27,976 bases of DNA from Candidatus Sumerlaeia bacterium. Lineage in GTDB: Bacteria; Sumerlaeota; Sumerlaeia; SLMS01. Within the stretch, counting starts at the first letter, position 1. Every line of letters starts with the position of its first letter. The translations under genes and the position numbers were made by a program. Below, one piece after another: positions 11,170 through 20,432 of the stretch. The stretch is from the NCBI GenBank assembly GCA_038208905.1, contig JBBQYG010000041.1, positions 1-27,976 on the forward strand, read 5' to 3'. The notes beneath the pieces are model-generated. The model made no database searches, was not told the DNA's origin, and saw nothing but the letters and a program-made list of their open reading frames with translations.

Positions 11170-11877
11170 ATGCCAGTCAAGCCCGCGAAGAATGAATTCA
11201 ACGAGGAAGAAATCCTCGAGATACTTCGCAAGAATATCTCGATCTACAAGGACGAGGACGGCTTCGTGGAGTATTTCGCGACCCTGGCGGCGTACCTCTA
11301 CGGCAGCTCGCGGCGGGGCGGAGAGCAATTCGCCGATCTCGATTTCGATCCGCTTCCCGGGCCCAAGATACCGCGGCCGGTCCTCGTCAATGGAGAGGTG
11401 GGCGGAGAACTCCCACCCACGGCAGCCCAGCGTCGCGAGGCGGAGATGAATCCCGGCTCCGGCCGCTTCATGGCGCCATCGCCCTTTCGCGGCACATCGC
11501 CCGTGCCGCCACCGCCCTCGATGCCCGACCACGAAACACCCCTCCCATTTCCGGGCGGTGCACCTGCGGCCGCGGAGATTCCCCCGGCGCCCTCGCGCAC
11601 GTCGGTCAGTGGCGTGTTCCAAGTCACCGCCGCCAGCCTCGTCACACCGCCGGAGGAAATGCCGCGCGCATCCGCCGATGCGCCCCGGTTCATCGTCCCA
11701 AAGTCCAAGCCGCTCGACGATCCTTCCTCGCGCCGAAGCTCCGGGACCTCACGTGTCTACCGCGTTGCGCGCTCCTACAAGTCCCAGAGCGCGCAGGAAG
11801 TCCCCTGCAAGGTCTGCGGCACACGCGTTCCCATCGAGAGCAAGCAGTGCCCCATCTGCGGCAGCATCATGGCATAG
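11170..11877 (+). CDS. Hypothetical protein: small N-terminal domain, Pro-rich low-complexity linker, C-terminal zinc ribbon (CKVCG...CPICG)
   Basis: 235-aa ORF preceded by a 103-bp intergenic gap. The first ~60 codons are noticeably AT-richer than neighbouring genes (aat, gaa, ata, ctt codons). C-terminal CxxC-x10-CxxC. No family recognised. Confidence 0.6.
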   Translation: MPVKPAKNEFNEEEILEILRKNISIYKDEDGFVEYFATLAAYLYGSSRRGGEQFADLDFDPLPGPKIPRPVLVNGEVGGELPPTAAQRREAEMNPGSGRFMAPSPFRGTSPVPPPPSMPDHETPLPFPGGAPAAAEIPPAPSRTSVSGVFQVTAASLVTPPEEMPRASADAPRFIVPKSKPLDDPSSRRSSGTSRVYRVARSYKSQSAQEVPCKVCGTRVPIESKQCPICGSIMA

Positions 11878-11880
11878 GAC

Positions 11881-11907
11881 GCTTGCCGGAAGTTCCTTCC
11901 GGCAAGC
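11881..11907. terminator. Hairpin between convergent genes (possible bidirectional terminator, no U-tract)
   Basis: gcttgccggaag-ttc-cttccggcaagc: perfect 12-bp stem with a 3-nt loop, 4 nt after the stop of the zinc-ribbon gene and 53 nt after the stop of the SPFH gene. Flanks are not T-rich. Confidence 0.4.
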
Positions 11908-11959
11908 GTGGGAATGAGGAACGGGGAGTTGCGCTGATTTCGGCTGGTTCATCGTCACA

Positions 11960-12943
11960 TCAGAAATTCAGCGGCGGGTCCTCGAGGCTGGGAGGGGTGA
12001 GGTCGACTCCTGGTAGCGCGGTGTCCTGCGGGCGTTGGACCCGCTGATGGCTTTTCGCATCGGAATGCGTCGCGTTCTGCGTCGCGTTGCGGTGCTCTCC
12101 GGCCACCACGTTGCCCGTGGTGATTGCGTCTCGGACCTGCTGGCTGATGTCGTTTAGCGCGCCGGGCGTGTGGGGCATCAGGATCGTGGTCGCGCGGCTT
12201 GCCACGCCGATGTCCTTCAGCGTGTCGAAGTACTGGGTCATCAAAACGAGCTGCATCACGTCGTTGCTTGTCGCGCCGGGCACGCCCTTCTGGAATTCCT
12301 CCACCGAATCGCGAAGGCCGTCAACGATGGCGCGGCGCTGGCCGGCGATGCCCTTGCCCTGGAGGATCTTGGACTCCGCCTCGCCCTGGGCCTGCTTCAC
12401 CTTCAGGATCCGCTCGGCTTCGCCACGCTCTTCCGCCGCCTTGCGCATGCGCGTCGCCGCGTTGATCTCGTTCATCGCCGCCTTAACCTTCGGGTCGGGG
12501 TCGATGTCGTTCACCAGGGTCCTGACGATCCCATAGCCATACACCGTCATCGTTTCGGTCAGGCCCTCCTTCACCGCGTTGGCGATGATCTCCTTCTCCT
12601 TGAAAACGGCGTCCAGTTTCATCGACGGCACGGTCGAGCGCACCTCGTCGAAGACATAGGATTCGATCTGCATCACCGGATTCGACAGCCGATAGAACGC
12701 CTCGCGCACGCGGTCGGGGATGACGTAGTACTGCACGGCGATCAGCAGGCGGACGAATACGTCGTCCTCCGTCTTGGTCTCCACGTTCACCTGCAATTCC
12801 TGGATGCGCAGCGAAACGCGCCCGGCCACCCGCTCCCACGGCTTCTTGACGTGCAGGCCCGACGTGCAGACGCGGTCGAACTTGCCGAAGCCCTCGATCA
12901 CGGCGGCGGTCTGCTCCTTGACGGTGAAGAAAAACATGAACAT
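11960..12943 (-). CDS. SPFH / band-7 family protein (stomatin/prohibitin/HflK/C-like), apparently without N-terminal TM helix
   Basis: VIEGFGKFDRVCTSGLHVKKPW...IDPDPKVKAAMNEINAATRMRKAAEERGEAERILKVKQAQGEAESKILQ is the SPFH core plus a coiled-coil. Canonical AGGAGG lies 6 nt upstream of the ATG at 12943. Confidence 0.85.
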   Translation of the reverse strand: MFMFFFTVKEQTAAVIEGFGKFDRVCTSGLHVKKPWERVAGRVSLRIQELQVNVETKTEDDVFVRLLIAVQYYVIPDRVREAFYRLSNPVMQIESYVFDEVRSTVPSMKLDAVFKEKEIIANAVKEGLTETMTVYGYGIVRTLVNDIDPDPKVKAAMNEINAATRMRKAAEERGEAERILKVKQAQGEAESKILQGKGIAGQRRAIVDGLRDSVEEFQKGVPGATSNDVMQLVLMTQYFDTLKDIGVASRATTILMPHTPGALNDISQQVRDAITTGNVVAGEHRNATQNATHSDAKSHQRVQRPQDTALPGVDLTPPSLEDPPLNF

Positions 12944-13037
12944 CTCTGGCCTCCTCGAATTGGTGGTCCATTGGCATCGGAATGAATGCGATTGAGCCCC
13001 GCCGGATATTCAAGCGCAAGGCGGGAATCGGCCCGCG

Positions 13038-13640
13038 CTACTCCGGCGTGGGGAGGTCGCGGCGCCAAATAACCTCGGGGACGCCCATGCGGTGATTGGC
13101 CCAGCGGGCGAGGACGAAGAGCGCGTCGGAGAGGCGGTTGAGGAAGACAGATGGATGCGGGCCGGGGTCCTCTCCGCGGGAAAGCGTCTGGACGGCGCGC
13201 TCGGCGCGGCGGGCCACCGTGCGGGCGATGTGCAGGCTGGCGGCGGTGCGCGATCCGCCGGGGAGGATGAAGTCCTTCAGCGGGGGGAGGTTTTCGTTGT
13301 AGCTGTCGCACACGCGCTCAAGCCACGCGATGTCTTCCGGGGTGATCACGGCCATCATCGGGTGGCGGTCGGGAACGCGCGTCGCCAGATCGGCGCCGAG
13401 GGTGAAGAGTTTATTGGCGAGGAACTCCAGCAGCGTGTCCAGCCGCGCGGAGTCAGCGGGGTCCGCGAAGGTGTCGCGCTCCGCGGCGAGTTCGAGCCGT
13501 GCGAGGCCAAGAAAGGACATCAGCTCGTCGCTGGTGCCATAGGCTTCGATGCGGGGATCATCCTTGGCGACGCGCTGGCCGCCCACCAGGCCGGTGGAGC
13601 CGTCGTCGCCGGTCTTTGTATAGACACGCGTGATGCGCAT
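13038..13640 (-). CDS. PduO-type ATP:cob(I)alamin adenosyltransferase (MMAB-like)
   Basis: The N-terminus MRITRVYTKTGDDGSTGL is the conserved PduO-type motif. ~200 aa. Start lies 4 nt downstream of the preceding gene's stop, so the two are probably translationally coupled. Confidence 0.85.
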   Translation of the reverse strand: MRITRVYTKTGDDGSTGLVGGQRVAKDDPRIEAYGTSDELMSFLGLARLELAAERDTFADPADSARLDTLLEFLANKLFTLGADLATRVPDRHPMMAVITPEDIAWLERVCDSYNENLPPLKDFILPGGSRTAASLHIARTVARRAERAVQTLSRGEDPGPHPSVFLNRLSDALFVLARWANHRMGVPEVIWRRDLPTPE

Positions 13641-13644
13641 TGGA

Positions 13645-14583
13645 TCAGGAACCTGTCGTCGAGGGTGGCTTGGGCTCCGGCTGGCGCGGCGGCCAGGGAG
13701 ACTCTGAGACGGCCTTGCTACGCTGGTCGAGGAGGCGCTTTTCGCCGTCGGTGAGTCCCGACCACGATGCGGCCAGCTCGCCGTAGAGCGCCTCGGCGCC
13801 CTCGCGGTCGCCGCGAACTTCCAGCATCAGCGCGCGGCGCAGGTTGACGCCCGCGGTACCGCCCTCGGCAAACGGCTGTACCGGCGGCAGCTCGATCGCC
13901 GGATCGTCCTGAATCAGAAGGCTTTCCAGCAGCAGCACATCGCGCCGTTGGCGGAGCGGTTCGGAAGCACCGCCCGCAAATCCTGAATCCAGAAGGCCCC
14001 GCGCCGAGACCGCGTCGCGCACACGCAGCAGCGTGTCCGCTCCGCGGAGTGCGTCGGCGGGCTCGATGGGGAGCTTTTTCGTGGCGATCTCCCGCCATAG
14101 AACCCCCGCGTCGGCGTCGCGCTTCTGGCGCTCGAGTTCGATGGCAATGCGCAGCAGCAACCAGCCGCGGTTCTCGCCCTCGGGGAAGCCACCTAGATAG
14201 AGTTGGGCAACCGAGGTCAGCCGCTCGCGATCGTCCTTTCCCTCGTAGGCGCGGGCGCGGAACCACAGCGCGCGGGCATACTCGGGCGACTTCTTGTCAA
14301 GCCATGCGGAGAGTAGTTCCGTCGTGTCCAGCACGTCGTCGAACCGCCGCGCGGCGATGTCGTCCTCCAGGGAGTCGAGCGCCATCCGCGCGCGGTCGGG
14401 CGTCAGCTCCGACAGCGACAGCGGCGCGCGCGTCTGGGTGTTGGAAGTGAAGAGATCGTCAAGCCGGAGCGACTGCGCGGGCGCCGCCGACGCCACTGCA
14501 ATTACCGCAATCACGCCTCCAAAAAAACGCAGCACGGGCGAGCCACCCGTGCTGCACTGCCTTGCTTGCTGTCGATCCCTCAT
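13645..14583 (-). CDS. Secreted hypothetical protein with helical TPR-like repeats
   Basis: Signal peptide VLRFFGGVIAVIAVASAAPAQS. GAGG-containing RBS upstream. Helical repeat character (…YARALWFRARAYEGK…). No family recognised. Confidence 0.6.
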   Translation of the reverse strand: MRDRQQARQCSTGGSPVLRFFGGVIAVIAVASAAPAQSLRLDDLFTSNTQTRAPLSLSELTPDRARMALDSLEDDIAARRFDDVLDTTELLSAWLDKKSPEYARALWFRARAYEGKDDRERLTSVAQLYLGGFPEGENRGWLLLRIAIELERQKRDADAGVLWREIATKKLPIEPADALRGADTLLRVRDAVSARGLLDSGFAGGASEPLRQRRDVLLLESLLIQDDPAIELPPVQPFAEGGTAGVNLRRALMLEVRGDREGAEALYGELAASWSGLTDGEKRLLDQRSKAVSESPWPPRQPEPKPPSTTGS

Positions 14584-14605
14584 CCCTCACACCTCATCCC
14601 TGATG

Positions 14606-16621
14606 TTATCCCGTTACCTGTCGCGGACCATCGAGGATGTCGCCGAGGCGCGGCGCGGCCTTCTTTTCCTTCTCGCCGGATTCCGTTGGCGCGGGGGGCG
14701 TCGTGCCGCCGGGCTGGTCCTTCTTGAAGAGCGGCGGCAGTGCCTCTCCGCGGATGACCTGGAGGAATTCCTCGCCGTTGAGCGTCTCTCGCTCCATCAG
14801 GGCGTTGATCACCGCGTCGAGCTGCTCGCGGTGCTCGTTCATGATCGTCTTGGCGCGGGTGTGGGCCTCGTCGATGAGGGTCTTCACTTCCTCGTCGATG
14901 ACGCGGGCCATCTCCTCGGAGTAGGTCTTCTCGTGGTTCCCCATGTCGCGGCCCAGGAAGACGTTGCTGTTGTTGTCGCCAAAGGTGCGTGGACCAAGGC
15001 GCTCGCTCATGCCGACTTCGCAGATCATGAACCGCGCCGTGGACGTGATCCTCTGGAGGTCGTTGCCGACACCGGTGGAAAACTCGCCGACCAGGACTTC
15101 CTCCGCCGCCAACCCGCCAAGGCCATAAACCAGCTTGGCCTTCAACTGCGACTTCGTGTGGTTGAACTTCTCCACCTCGGGAAGGACGGCCGTCAGGCCC
15201 AGGCTTCGCCCGCGGGGGATGATGGTTATCTTGTGGACGGGATCGTTCCCCTCCGTGTAGTGCGCGGCCAGGGCGTGGCCGGCCTCGTGGATGGCGGTCT
15301 TGCGCTTCTCGACTTCGGTGATCTGGAGCGAGCGGCGCTCGGGCCCCATCATCACGCGGTCCTTGGCCTCCTCCAGATCAATCTGCTCCACGCTGGACTT
15401 GCTGGCGCGCGCGGCGAGCAGGGCGGCCTCGTTGACGATGTTGGCCAGATCGGCTCCGGAGTATCCGGGCGTTCCCTTGGCGATGGCCTTCAGGTTGACC
15501 GCGGGGGCAAGCTTCACGGTCTTGGAGTGGACCTTGAGGATCTTCTCGCGGCCCAGAATGTCGGGATAATCGACCGTCACCTGACGGTCGAAACGACCGG
15601 GGCGCAGGAGGGCGGGATCCAGCACGTCGGGCCGGTTGGTCGCGGCCACAAGGATCACGCCCTCATTGGGGGCAAAGCCGTCCATTTCCACAAGGAGCTG
15701 GTTCAGCGTCTGCTCGCGCTCGTCGTGACCGCCGCCAATGCCTGCAAAGCGGTGGCGACCCACGGCGTCGATCTCGTCGATAAACACCAGGCACGGCTTG
15801 CTTTTCTTGGCCTGCTCGAAAAGGTCGCGCACGCGGCTGGCGCCGACACCGACGAACATCTCGACGAAGTCCGATCCGGAGATGGAGAAGAAAGGGACGC
15901 CCGCCTCCCCCGCGACGGCGCGCGCCAAGAGCGTCTTGCCGGTGCCGGGTGGGCCGAAAAGAAGCACGCCCTTGGGGATCTTGCCGCCCAGGCGGCTGAA
16001 TTTCTTCGGGTCCTTCAGGAACTCCACAATCTCGCGCAACTCCTCCTTCGCCTCGTCCACCCCGGCCACATCGTCAAAGGTCACTTTCACCTGACCCTCG
16101 GCCACCATCTTGGCCTTGGACTTACCAAAGGACATCGCCTTGTTCCCGCTGTTCTGAATCTGGCGGACGAACAGGAACCAAAGCAGCACGATCACCGCCA
16201 CGGGGAGCAACAGCGACAGCAGCAGCACAGGCACCGCGCTGGGCTCCTTGCCGGTGTAGTCGCGGACGCCATGAAGGCGCATCTCGCGAAGGATTTCCTG
16301 CGCCGCGCCCGGGACATAGGTGGCGGTAAAGCCAACATATTCGGTGATTTCGCCCTTCTGGTCCAGAACCTTGGCCTTCTCGGGAAAGCGGTCGAGGACC
16401 ATCGAGCGCAGGACCTCGCCCTCGATCCGCCCGCTACGGTCGGTGATCTTGCGATAGGCGTTGTTGACGCCCGATTCCTTGTTGTAGCCCGCCTCGGCGA
16501 CCTGCAGGAACTCAACGGCGGAGAGCTCCATCGGGGCTTGGGCGTTGAAGAACCGGGTGGCAATCAGCAGGCAGACCACGAAGAGGATCAGCCAGATGGA
16601 CAGGGACTTGAGATTGTTCAT
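14606..16621 (-). CDS. ftsH: ATP-dependent zinc metalloprotease FtsH
   Basis: Near colinear with E. coli FtsH. N-terminal TM helix, Walker [27 protein letters not shown], and zinc motif HEAGHAL. Confidence 0.97.
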   Translation of the reverse strand: MNNLKSLSIWLILFVVCLLIATRFFNAQAPMELSAVEFLQVAEAGYNKESGVNNAYRKITDRSGRIEGEVLRSMVLDRFPEKAKVLDQKGEITEYVGFTATYVPGAAQEILREMRLHGVRDYTGKEPSAVPVLLLSLLLPVAVIVLLWFLFVRQIQNSGNKAMSFGKSKAKMVAEGQVKVTFDDVAGVDEAKEELREIVEFLKDPKKFSRLGGKIPKGVLLFGPPGTGKTLLARAVAGEAGVPFFSISGSDFVEMFVGVGASRVRDLFEQAKKSKPCLVFIDEIDAVGRHRFAGIGGGHDEREQTLNQLLVEMDGFAPNEGVILVAATNRPDVLDPALLRPGRFDRQVTVDYPDILGREKILKVHSKTVKLAPAVNLKAIAKGTPGYSGADLANIVNEAALLAARASKSSVEQIDLEEAKDRVMMGPERRSLQITEVEKRKTAIHEAGHALAAHYTEGNDPVHKITIIPRGRSLGLTAVLPEVEKFNHTKSQLKAKLVYGLGGLAAEEVLVGEFSTGVGNDLQRITSTARFMICEVGMSERLGPRTFGDNNSNVFLGRDMGNHEKTYSEEMARVIDEEVKTLIDEAHTRAKTIMNEHREQLDAVINALMERETLNGEEFLQVIRGEALPPLFKKDQPGGTTPPAPTESGEKEKKAAPRLGDILDGPRQVTG

Positions 16622-17115
16622 TCGGGGGCTCTTGGTAGGATCGGGAGGGCCCTTCGGCCATCCCCAGACCGACTAACGCAAGGATTGTGTCAGTCGGATG
16701 AAATCGTATCGGAGATTCTGGGGACGGGGGCTGGACCGGTCAAGGGGGGAGTCGGCGAAGGCCGCAGTCTTGAGGCTTTTGGATATCCTGCCCGCTGCGC
16801 ACCCCGCCTGCCGAGCCCCAATTGCCTGGAATCGGAAGTCGCCCCTCGGCCACAGTTCCTCATCGGAGAGGCACAAGCAAGGACCAGATCTTCGAGCGAA
16901 TCCGCCTACACCGGGCGGAACTCGACGCGCTTCGCCGAGCAGTCACTTGCCGGAGTGCATCCCTTTGCAGCGGTAACCCTTGGCGCCTTTTGGACCGCCA
17001 ATCCCCCCAAAATAACCCTTTTCATCTCCCCGCCGCTCTGGTCCGCTGCGGGCGCCGAAAGAGGTTTTGGACGATCCAAGAATCTTCCGCAGAAGAGGAT
17101 AGGCCCCGCTTAGCC

Positions 17116-18663
17116 ATGCTGACCCTGAACGCCGACGGAATCAAGGACGCCCTCGAGAAGATCGTGGACCGCAATCTGGACGCCTTGATCCGCGACACGA
17201 CCAGAATCATCGGGTTCGAGACGGTCTCCGGCGGGACGCCCGCCCAGGAAGCCCGCTACCAGGAGCAGATTCCCGCCTGCCTGGCGTGGCTGGAGGCGCT
17301 GGCGACGCGGCATGGGTTCCGGTTTCAGAACTTCGAAAACGAATCGGCGGAGATCGAGTGGGCCATTGAGCCCCAGCCCGGCGAAGGGCGCCGCTGCGTC
17401 TTTGGCATCGCCACCCACATCGACGTGGTGACGCCGGCGGGCAATTGGTCGCATCCCCCCTTTGGCGGGGAAGTTGTGGACGGCATCCTCTATGGACGCG
17501 GCATTCAGGACGACAAGGGTCCGCTGATGCAGGCGTTCTATGGCCTGGTCGCCGTCAAGGAGGCGGGAATCCGCCCGCCCTGCGACGTCCGCATCATCAT
17601 CGGCACCAAGGAAGAAACCGGCGACTGGTCGGACATCCACAACTACGTGAAGCGCCGCGGCGCGCCGGACTACAGTTTCACCCCCGACGCCGACTTTCCC
17701 GTCATCACGGGAGAGAAGGGGATGATCAACGTCATCGTCTCGGCCAAGTGGCCCGCCGTGGCGCCGAACGCCGAGACGGGGATGCTCTTCATGAGCCTGC
17801 GCGGCGGAGAGCGCAGCAACATCGTCCCCGCGCTGGCGGAGGCCGCGCTGCGCTTCCCCGCGGAGAACCGCCACGACGTGATGAAGGAACTGGTGCGCGA
17901 GACGACGGTCTTCACCGTGGAAAACCACGGCTCCAATGTGACGCTGGTGCCCAACAACGAGAAGGAACTGGCGACAACGGGCGTTTACGAGGCGCTGGTG
18001 AGCTTCGTGGGCAAGGCCGCGCACAGCTCCACCCCGTCGGCCGGTCACAACGCCATCGCCGACGCGATGAAGTTCTTCGCCGATATCGAGTCGATTCCGC
18101 CAACCGTCCGCGCGTATATACAGTTCCTGGCCCTGGCCTCGGCGGAGACCGACGGCAGCACCCTCGGCATCGCCAGCACGCACCCTTTCGTCGGCGACAC
18201 GACCGCGGTGGTCAGCCTGGCGGAGGTGGGGCCGGAGGGCGGCAAGGCCACCCTCAACATCCGCCCTACGATGGGGCTCCCCGCCGCGGAGGCGCTGGAA
18301 CGCGTCCGAGCAGTGGCCGCCGCGTTCACCGACGCCACGGGCCTCGAACTCGAAGTAAGCCCGGGTCCCAAGATGGTGGACGCGATCTTCCTCGATCCCA
18401 ACCGCGAGGGAATCGGCCCGTTCCTCGAATCTCTCAAGACGGCGTACTCCACCGTCACCGGCCAACCGGGCCGGATGATGGCCGTCGGCGGAACGACATA
18501 CGCCAAGGCGATCCCCAACTGCTGCGCCTTCGGCCCCGTGCTCGACGGCGTGGACAAGGAACTGGCGCATCAGGCCAACGAGCATCTGGCGGTGTCGTCG
18601 ATCCGCCGCAACGCGCTGATTTACGGTCTCAGTGTTGCCCTGATGGGACGCAACGTCGGGTAG
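17116..18663 (+). CDS. M20-family dipeptidase (PepV / Xaa-His dipeptidase-like)
   Basis: GRGIQDDKGPLMQAFYGLVAVKEAG, IIIGTKEETGDWSDIHNYV and DFPVITGEKGMINV align with PepV. The start ATG at 17116 matches the PepV N-terminal length. The upstream in-frame extension (from 16822) is not protein-like. Confidence 0.85.
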   Translation: MLTLNADGIKDALEKIVDRNLDALIRDTTRIIGFETVSGGTPAQEARYQEQIPACLAWLEALATRHGFRFQNFENESAEIEWAIEPQPGEGRRCVFGIATHIDVVTPAGNWSHPPFGGEVVDGILYGRGIQDDKGPLMQAFYGLVAVKEAGIRPPCDVRIIIGTKEETGDWSDIHNYVKRRGAPDYSFTPDADFPVITGEKGMINVIVSAKWPAVAPNAETGMLFMSLRGGERSNIVPALAEAALRFPAENRHDVMKELVRETTVFTVENHGSNVTLVPNNEKELATTGVYEALVSFVGKAAHSSTPSAGHNAIADAMKFFADIESIPPTVRAYIQFLALASAETDGSTLGIASTHPFVGDTTAVVSLAEVGPEGGKATLNIRPTMGLPAAEALERVRAVAAAFTDATGLELEVSPGPKMVDAIFLDPNREGIGPFLESLKTAYSTVTGQPGRMMAVGGTTYAKAIPNCCAFGPVLDGVDKELAHQANEHLAVSSIRRNALIYGLSVALMGRNVG

Positions 18664-18927
18664 CCGTGAGCCTCTGCAAAGGTCGCGTGGGCATCTATGC
18701 CCGCGCAGGCTCCGCGAACCACCCAGGCGGACATCCGAACGGGGCCGTGCGGCATCCTGGGCGGCGGGGGCGCGGGCGAGACGCCCACGCTACTCTTAAC
18801 GGCGCTGAAAATCCCCACCCATCCGTATCTCATCTTGCCCCGTCTCCTTCCCCGGCGAGAGCTTGAACTCGCAGTGGACATTCAAGCCACGCGGCTCATT
18901 CCCGCGTCGGCGAAAAGGAGAAGGACG

Positions 18928-19260
18928 ATGAAGTTTCTTCGTGCTGGAATTGCCTTTGCGGCGGCTGCGCTGCTGACAACGGGCTGCGGCTATGTTGCGC
19001 CCGTTATGCCTCCCCAGGGCTGGATCTATGCCGACATCTCGGCGCCTATGGATATTGATGTAGACCAGACGGTAGTGACCGGCCCGCGCATGGGCGAGGC
19101 GGAGAGCACCTCGATTCTCGCTCTGGTCGCCATCGGCGACTGCAGCATCACCACTGCGGCCCAGAACGGCGGCGTCAACACCGTCAACCACGTCGACTAC
19201 GCCTACATGAACGTTCTCTTCGTTTACCAGAAGTTCACCACGCGCGTGTACGGCGAATGA
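18928..19260 (+). CDS. Small lipoprotein, paralog 1 of 3 (unknown function)
   Basis: AAGGAGAAGG RBS. Signal peptide plus lipobox: MKFLRAGIAFAAAALLTTGC. Shares ...SILALVAIG...AAQNGGVNTVNHVDYAYMNVLFVYQKFTTRVYG with the next two genes. Confidence 0.8.
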   Translation: MKFLRAGIAFAAAALLTTGCGYVAPVMPPQGWIYADISAPMDIDVDQTVVTGPRMGEAESTSILALVAIGDCSITTAAQNGGVNTVNHVDYAYMNVLFVYQKFTTRVYGE

Positions 19261-19277
19261 TCCAGGGGGAACACACC

Positions 19278-19646
19278 ATGCCAAGGAAACTCGGAGTCGG
19301 AATCCGGGCGCTCCTCGCGGCGGGTGCGGTGATGGTCTTCAGTTCGGGGTGCCTGTCCTACCGCGCCCCGGTGAAGCCACCGCTCGGGGCGATCTATACA
19401 GAAATCAAGGCGCCCCTTACGGTGAACTTTCACAACACCCCCGTTGGAGCCCCCAACAAGAAGTACTCCCAGAAGTACACCCGCTATCTGAACATCTTCG
19501 GGTATGTCTCCGTCGCATGGGACGAGGCCGCCATTGGCGAAATCGCGCGCGAGGGCGGCATCACGGAGATCGCCTATGCGGACTACCAGGTGAAGAGCAT
19601 CCTGGGAATCTATGGCGAGTTCCAGATCAACGTGTACGGAAACTAA
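19278..19646 (+). CDS. Small lipoprotein, paralog 2 of 3 (unknown function)
   Basis: AGGGGGAA RBS. Lipobox FSSGC. Conserved core ...REGGITEIAYADYQVKSILGIYGEFQINVYGN. More divergent than the other two. Confidence 0.75.
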   Translation: MPRKLGVGIRALLAAGAVMVFSSGCLSYRAPVKPPLGAIYTEIKAPLTVNFHNTPVGAPNKKYSQKYTRYLNIFGYVSVAWDEAAIGEIAREGGITEIAYADYQVKSILGIYGEFQINVYGN

Positions 19647-19661
19647 GGAAGAGCGGCCACC

Positions 19662-20070
19662 CATGAAAACACTCAGGACGTGCAGCCTCCTTTCCATCGC
19701 GGCGGTTCTCGCCGCGCTCACCGGGTGCGGAATCCGCGCCCCCGTCGTGCCTCCCGTCGATGGCGCATGGGTTAACCTCTCCGCCGTCACCTTCCCCGTG
19801 GACACGGACTTCCAGCCGGGCGCGCTGAGCACCCGCCGCGAAGGCCGCGCCGAATCGATGTCGATCCTCGGCCTGGTCGCACTTGGCGAGACGGGCATCG
19901 CGCGCGCCGCCGAAAACGGCGGCATCGCCGTGGTCCAGCACGTGGACGCCAGCTACTTCAACGTGCTCTTCGTCTATCAGCGCTATGAGACCATCGTGTG
20001 GGGGCTCTCCGCCGAGGAGGCCGCCGCCGCGGGAATCACGAAGGACCAGGCCGTGGCCTCCGCCAAGTAA
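19662..20070 (+). CDS. Small lipoprotein, paralog 3 of 3 (unknown function)
   Basis: AGGAAG RBS 10 nt upstream. Lipobox LTGC. ...SMSILGLVALGETGIARAAENGGIAVVQHVDASYFNVLFVYQRYETIVWG is clearly homologous to paralog 1. Confidence 0.8.
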
Positions 20071-20099
20071 CGCGCGGACGCGACGGATTCGGACAACCA

Positions 20100-20130
20100 G
20101 GCGGGCCCTCGGCGACGGGGGCCCGCTTCG
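20100..20130 (+). terminator. Candidate terminator hairpin downstream of the lipoprotein array
   Basis: gcgggccc-N10-gggcccgc followed by ttcg. Weak U-tract. First of several GC-rich inverted repeats in the 20071-20432 gap. Confidence 0.3.
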
Positions 20131-20432
20131 CGTGGGGCGAGAGAGCGAGTACCGCCCCAGAAGTAGCCAATGCGCCGCGAGAGCGGCGAAACAATCGTAG
20201 CCCCGGACTTCAGTCCGGGGACCTCGCATCAGAAATCGCCGGACCCCGGGAGGGGTCCCACAATGCTCCCCGCCGACGTCAATGTGGGGCCCCTGCCGGG
20301 ACCCGGCGCTGTATATACGCGGGAACTCCGCAACGAAGTCCGGTGCTATGATTGCTTGGTCCCTGCCGGGACCGCGAGTGCGACAGGCGCTGGACTCCTC
20401 CGATTCAGTGGAACAACCATCGGCGCAAACTG

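Noticed and set aside
16698-16976. 92-aa ORF in the ftsH / pepV intergenic region
   Set aside because: No RBS. Arg/Ser/Pro-rich composition. Overlaps an opposite-strand 67-aa ORF of similar quality. Treated as non-coding.
18685-18708. Hairpin gcgtgggcat-ctat-gcccgcgc after the peptidase gene as a terminator
   Set aside because: The stem includes a wobble pair and there is no U-tract, so it was not listed as a feature. It may still contribute to termination.
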